In this document: in pieces, positions 63,077 to 64,000 of the stretch
How positions within the stretch are numbered: position 1 is the first letter of the stretch
Layout: each line of letters opens with the position of its first letter
Virus record (IMG/VR): IMGVR_UViG_3300009509_000001
Location: 1 to 64,000 of that record
Direction: 5' to 3' (one strand)
Length of the DNA stretch: 64,000 nt
From: a virus
Notes under the pieces: generated by a model
The model's input: the letters and a program-made list of their open reading frames with translations, nothing else
What the model was told of the DNA's origin: nothing
Database searches by the model: none
Position numbers and translations under genes: made by a program

Positions 63077-64000
63077 CTACACCACCGCTACGTTGCGAGC
63101 CAACGTGTCCGTCGGGTCGATGATCTGGTCCTCGAGAGCTCCGGCACTCGCACCCTGGTCGATGAGATTGACGCTGCGTGGCCGGACCTTCTTTTTCTTG
63201 TTTATATGCGCGTCGAGCTTGGCCTTTATGCGCGGGTCGATAGCGCCGATGAGTACCGGCGGACGCTCCTGCAAGGCCATGCGCTCGGCCGCCTTTTCAG
63301 CCGCCTTTATGCGCTGCCGGTTGGGATCGCGCTCGTCGGCCCACTGCTTGGTAAGCACGGCGCCGCCGGCGAAAGCCGTCACGCCCAGCAACGCCAATGC
63401 GGCCTGGAGCGATCCCATGGTAGATGACTGTCCCGGGTCCTTGATGCCGAGGATGAGGCGCTGGGCAAACGTCGGGCGCTGGCGATCTTCGGCTTCCTTC
63501 TCGATCAGGTCCCGGGTGATCCCGGCGGCCTGCTCGGCCCGTTCCTTACCGTAGTCGCGGAGCGACGGGTCCGGGCTGATGACCGGCATTCCGGCCTGTA
63601 CGGACGCTTCGAGCCTGCGGTTGCCCTTCTGGGCCTCCTGCTTGCGCTCGAGCGCGCTGAGAAGATACTTGATCCCGAAGGCGCCGCCGCCGTAGAGCCC
63701 TGCCATGAGCATGGCTTTCGTCAGCATCTTCTGATCGAAGGTCGCATCTTTTCCGGCGGCCCGCATGAAGCCTGGCACCGGAGTGTCTTCGACGCCGAAC
63801 GGAAGAGCGGCCGCCTTCACGTAATCGCCAATTCCGGCCGTTTTGCGAACTGTACTCATAAGCTCGAGATTGACCTTGCCGAGCTTGTTCATATTCTCTT
63901 CAATGCGTTTCTGCCGCTCACGCTTCGCACGTATATCGGCGAGCTTGTTGGCCAGGGTAAAGCCACCGTAGCTGCTGATTGCCATGGCCGCGATCGGAAG
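63077..64000 (-). CDS. Membrane-active internal protein candidate, 5'-truncated (>=307 aa)
   Basis: Frame stays open upstream of ATG 63985 to the window edge (LPIAAMAISS...); hydrophobic segments AMLMAGLYGGGAFGIKYLL and AALALLGVTAFAGGAVL; VRKTAG, YVKAAA, IEKEAE motifs. Confidence 0.6.
   Translation of the reverse strand, partial: LPIAAMAISSYGGFTLANKLADIRAKRERQKRIEENMNKLGKVNLELMSTVRKTAGIGDYVKAAALPFGVEDTPVPGFMRAAGKDATFDQKMLTKAMLMAGLYGGGAFGIKYLLSALERKQEAQKGNRRLEASVQAGMPVISPDPSLRDYGKERAEQAAGITRDLIEKEAEDRQRPTFAQRLILGIKDPGQSSTMGSLQAALALLGVTAFAGGAVLTKQWADERDPNRQRIKAAEKAAERMALQERPPVLIGAIDPRIKAKLDAHINKKKKVRPRSVNLIDQGASAGALEDQIIDPTDTLARNVAVV

Larger units (their letters stand above)
1..64000 (-). mobile_element. 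Structural/morphogenesis region of a large contractile-tailed bacteriophage (virion contig or prophage; ends not in window)
   Basis: All credible genes lie on the minus strand with short or overlapping junctions. Prohead protease, scaffold, capsid, neck, sheath, tube, tape measure and baseplate J occur in canonical order. No host housekeeping genes or att sites seen. Confidence 0.93.

Noticed and set aside
1-64000. Stop-codon reassignment (alternative genetic code) as seen in some large phages
   Set aside because: Genes tile densely under the standard code, and TAA, TAG and TGA all terminate well-supported genes.

Overview
The window is one continuous, single-orientation (minus-strand) morphogenesis region of a large, high-GC contractile-tailed phage (myovirus-like, probably jumbo). 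About 53 genes tile it almost without gaps. In transcription order (right to left): membrane-active and low-complexity internal-head candidates interleaved with two multi-subunit RNA polymerase genes; more internal proteins; prohead protease, scaffold, decoration and major capsid protein; a 13-kb cluster of fibre/adhesin genes; a holin-like / receiver-like / patatin trio; neck proteins; sheath, tube, spike-hub, tail chaperone with a -1 frameshift site, and tape measure; baseplate genes with a sigma-70-family gene embedded among them; a paralogous fibre-adaptor array; and a >1000-aa Ser/Glu/Pro/Ala-rich, Cys-punctuated protein that runs off the left edge and is absent from the supplied ORF track. 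The most notable observation is a candidate phage-encoded, possibly virion-packaged transcription system. It consists of an RNAP cut at non-standard points (whole beta fused to the N-terminal half of beta', with the C-terminal half as a separate gene). The enzyme lacks the beta' zinc ribbon and the flap-tip helix and has a remodelled rifampicin pocket. A sigma factor is co-encoded, and a recurrent [LIVMY]-x-K-x-A motif marks the head proteins and also occurs in the RNAP. I identified no portal, terminase, endolysin, RNAP alpha, tRNA or CRISPR array in the window. All functional calls come from motif recognition by eye and from synteny; no database search was run.
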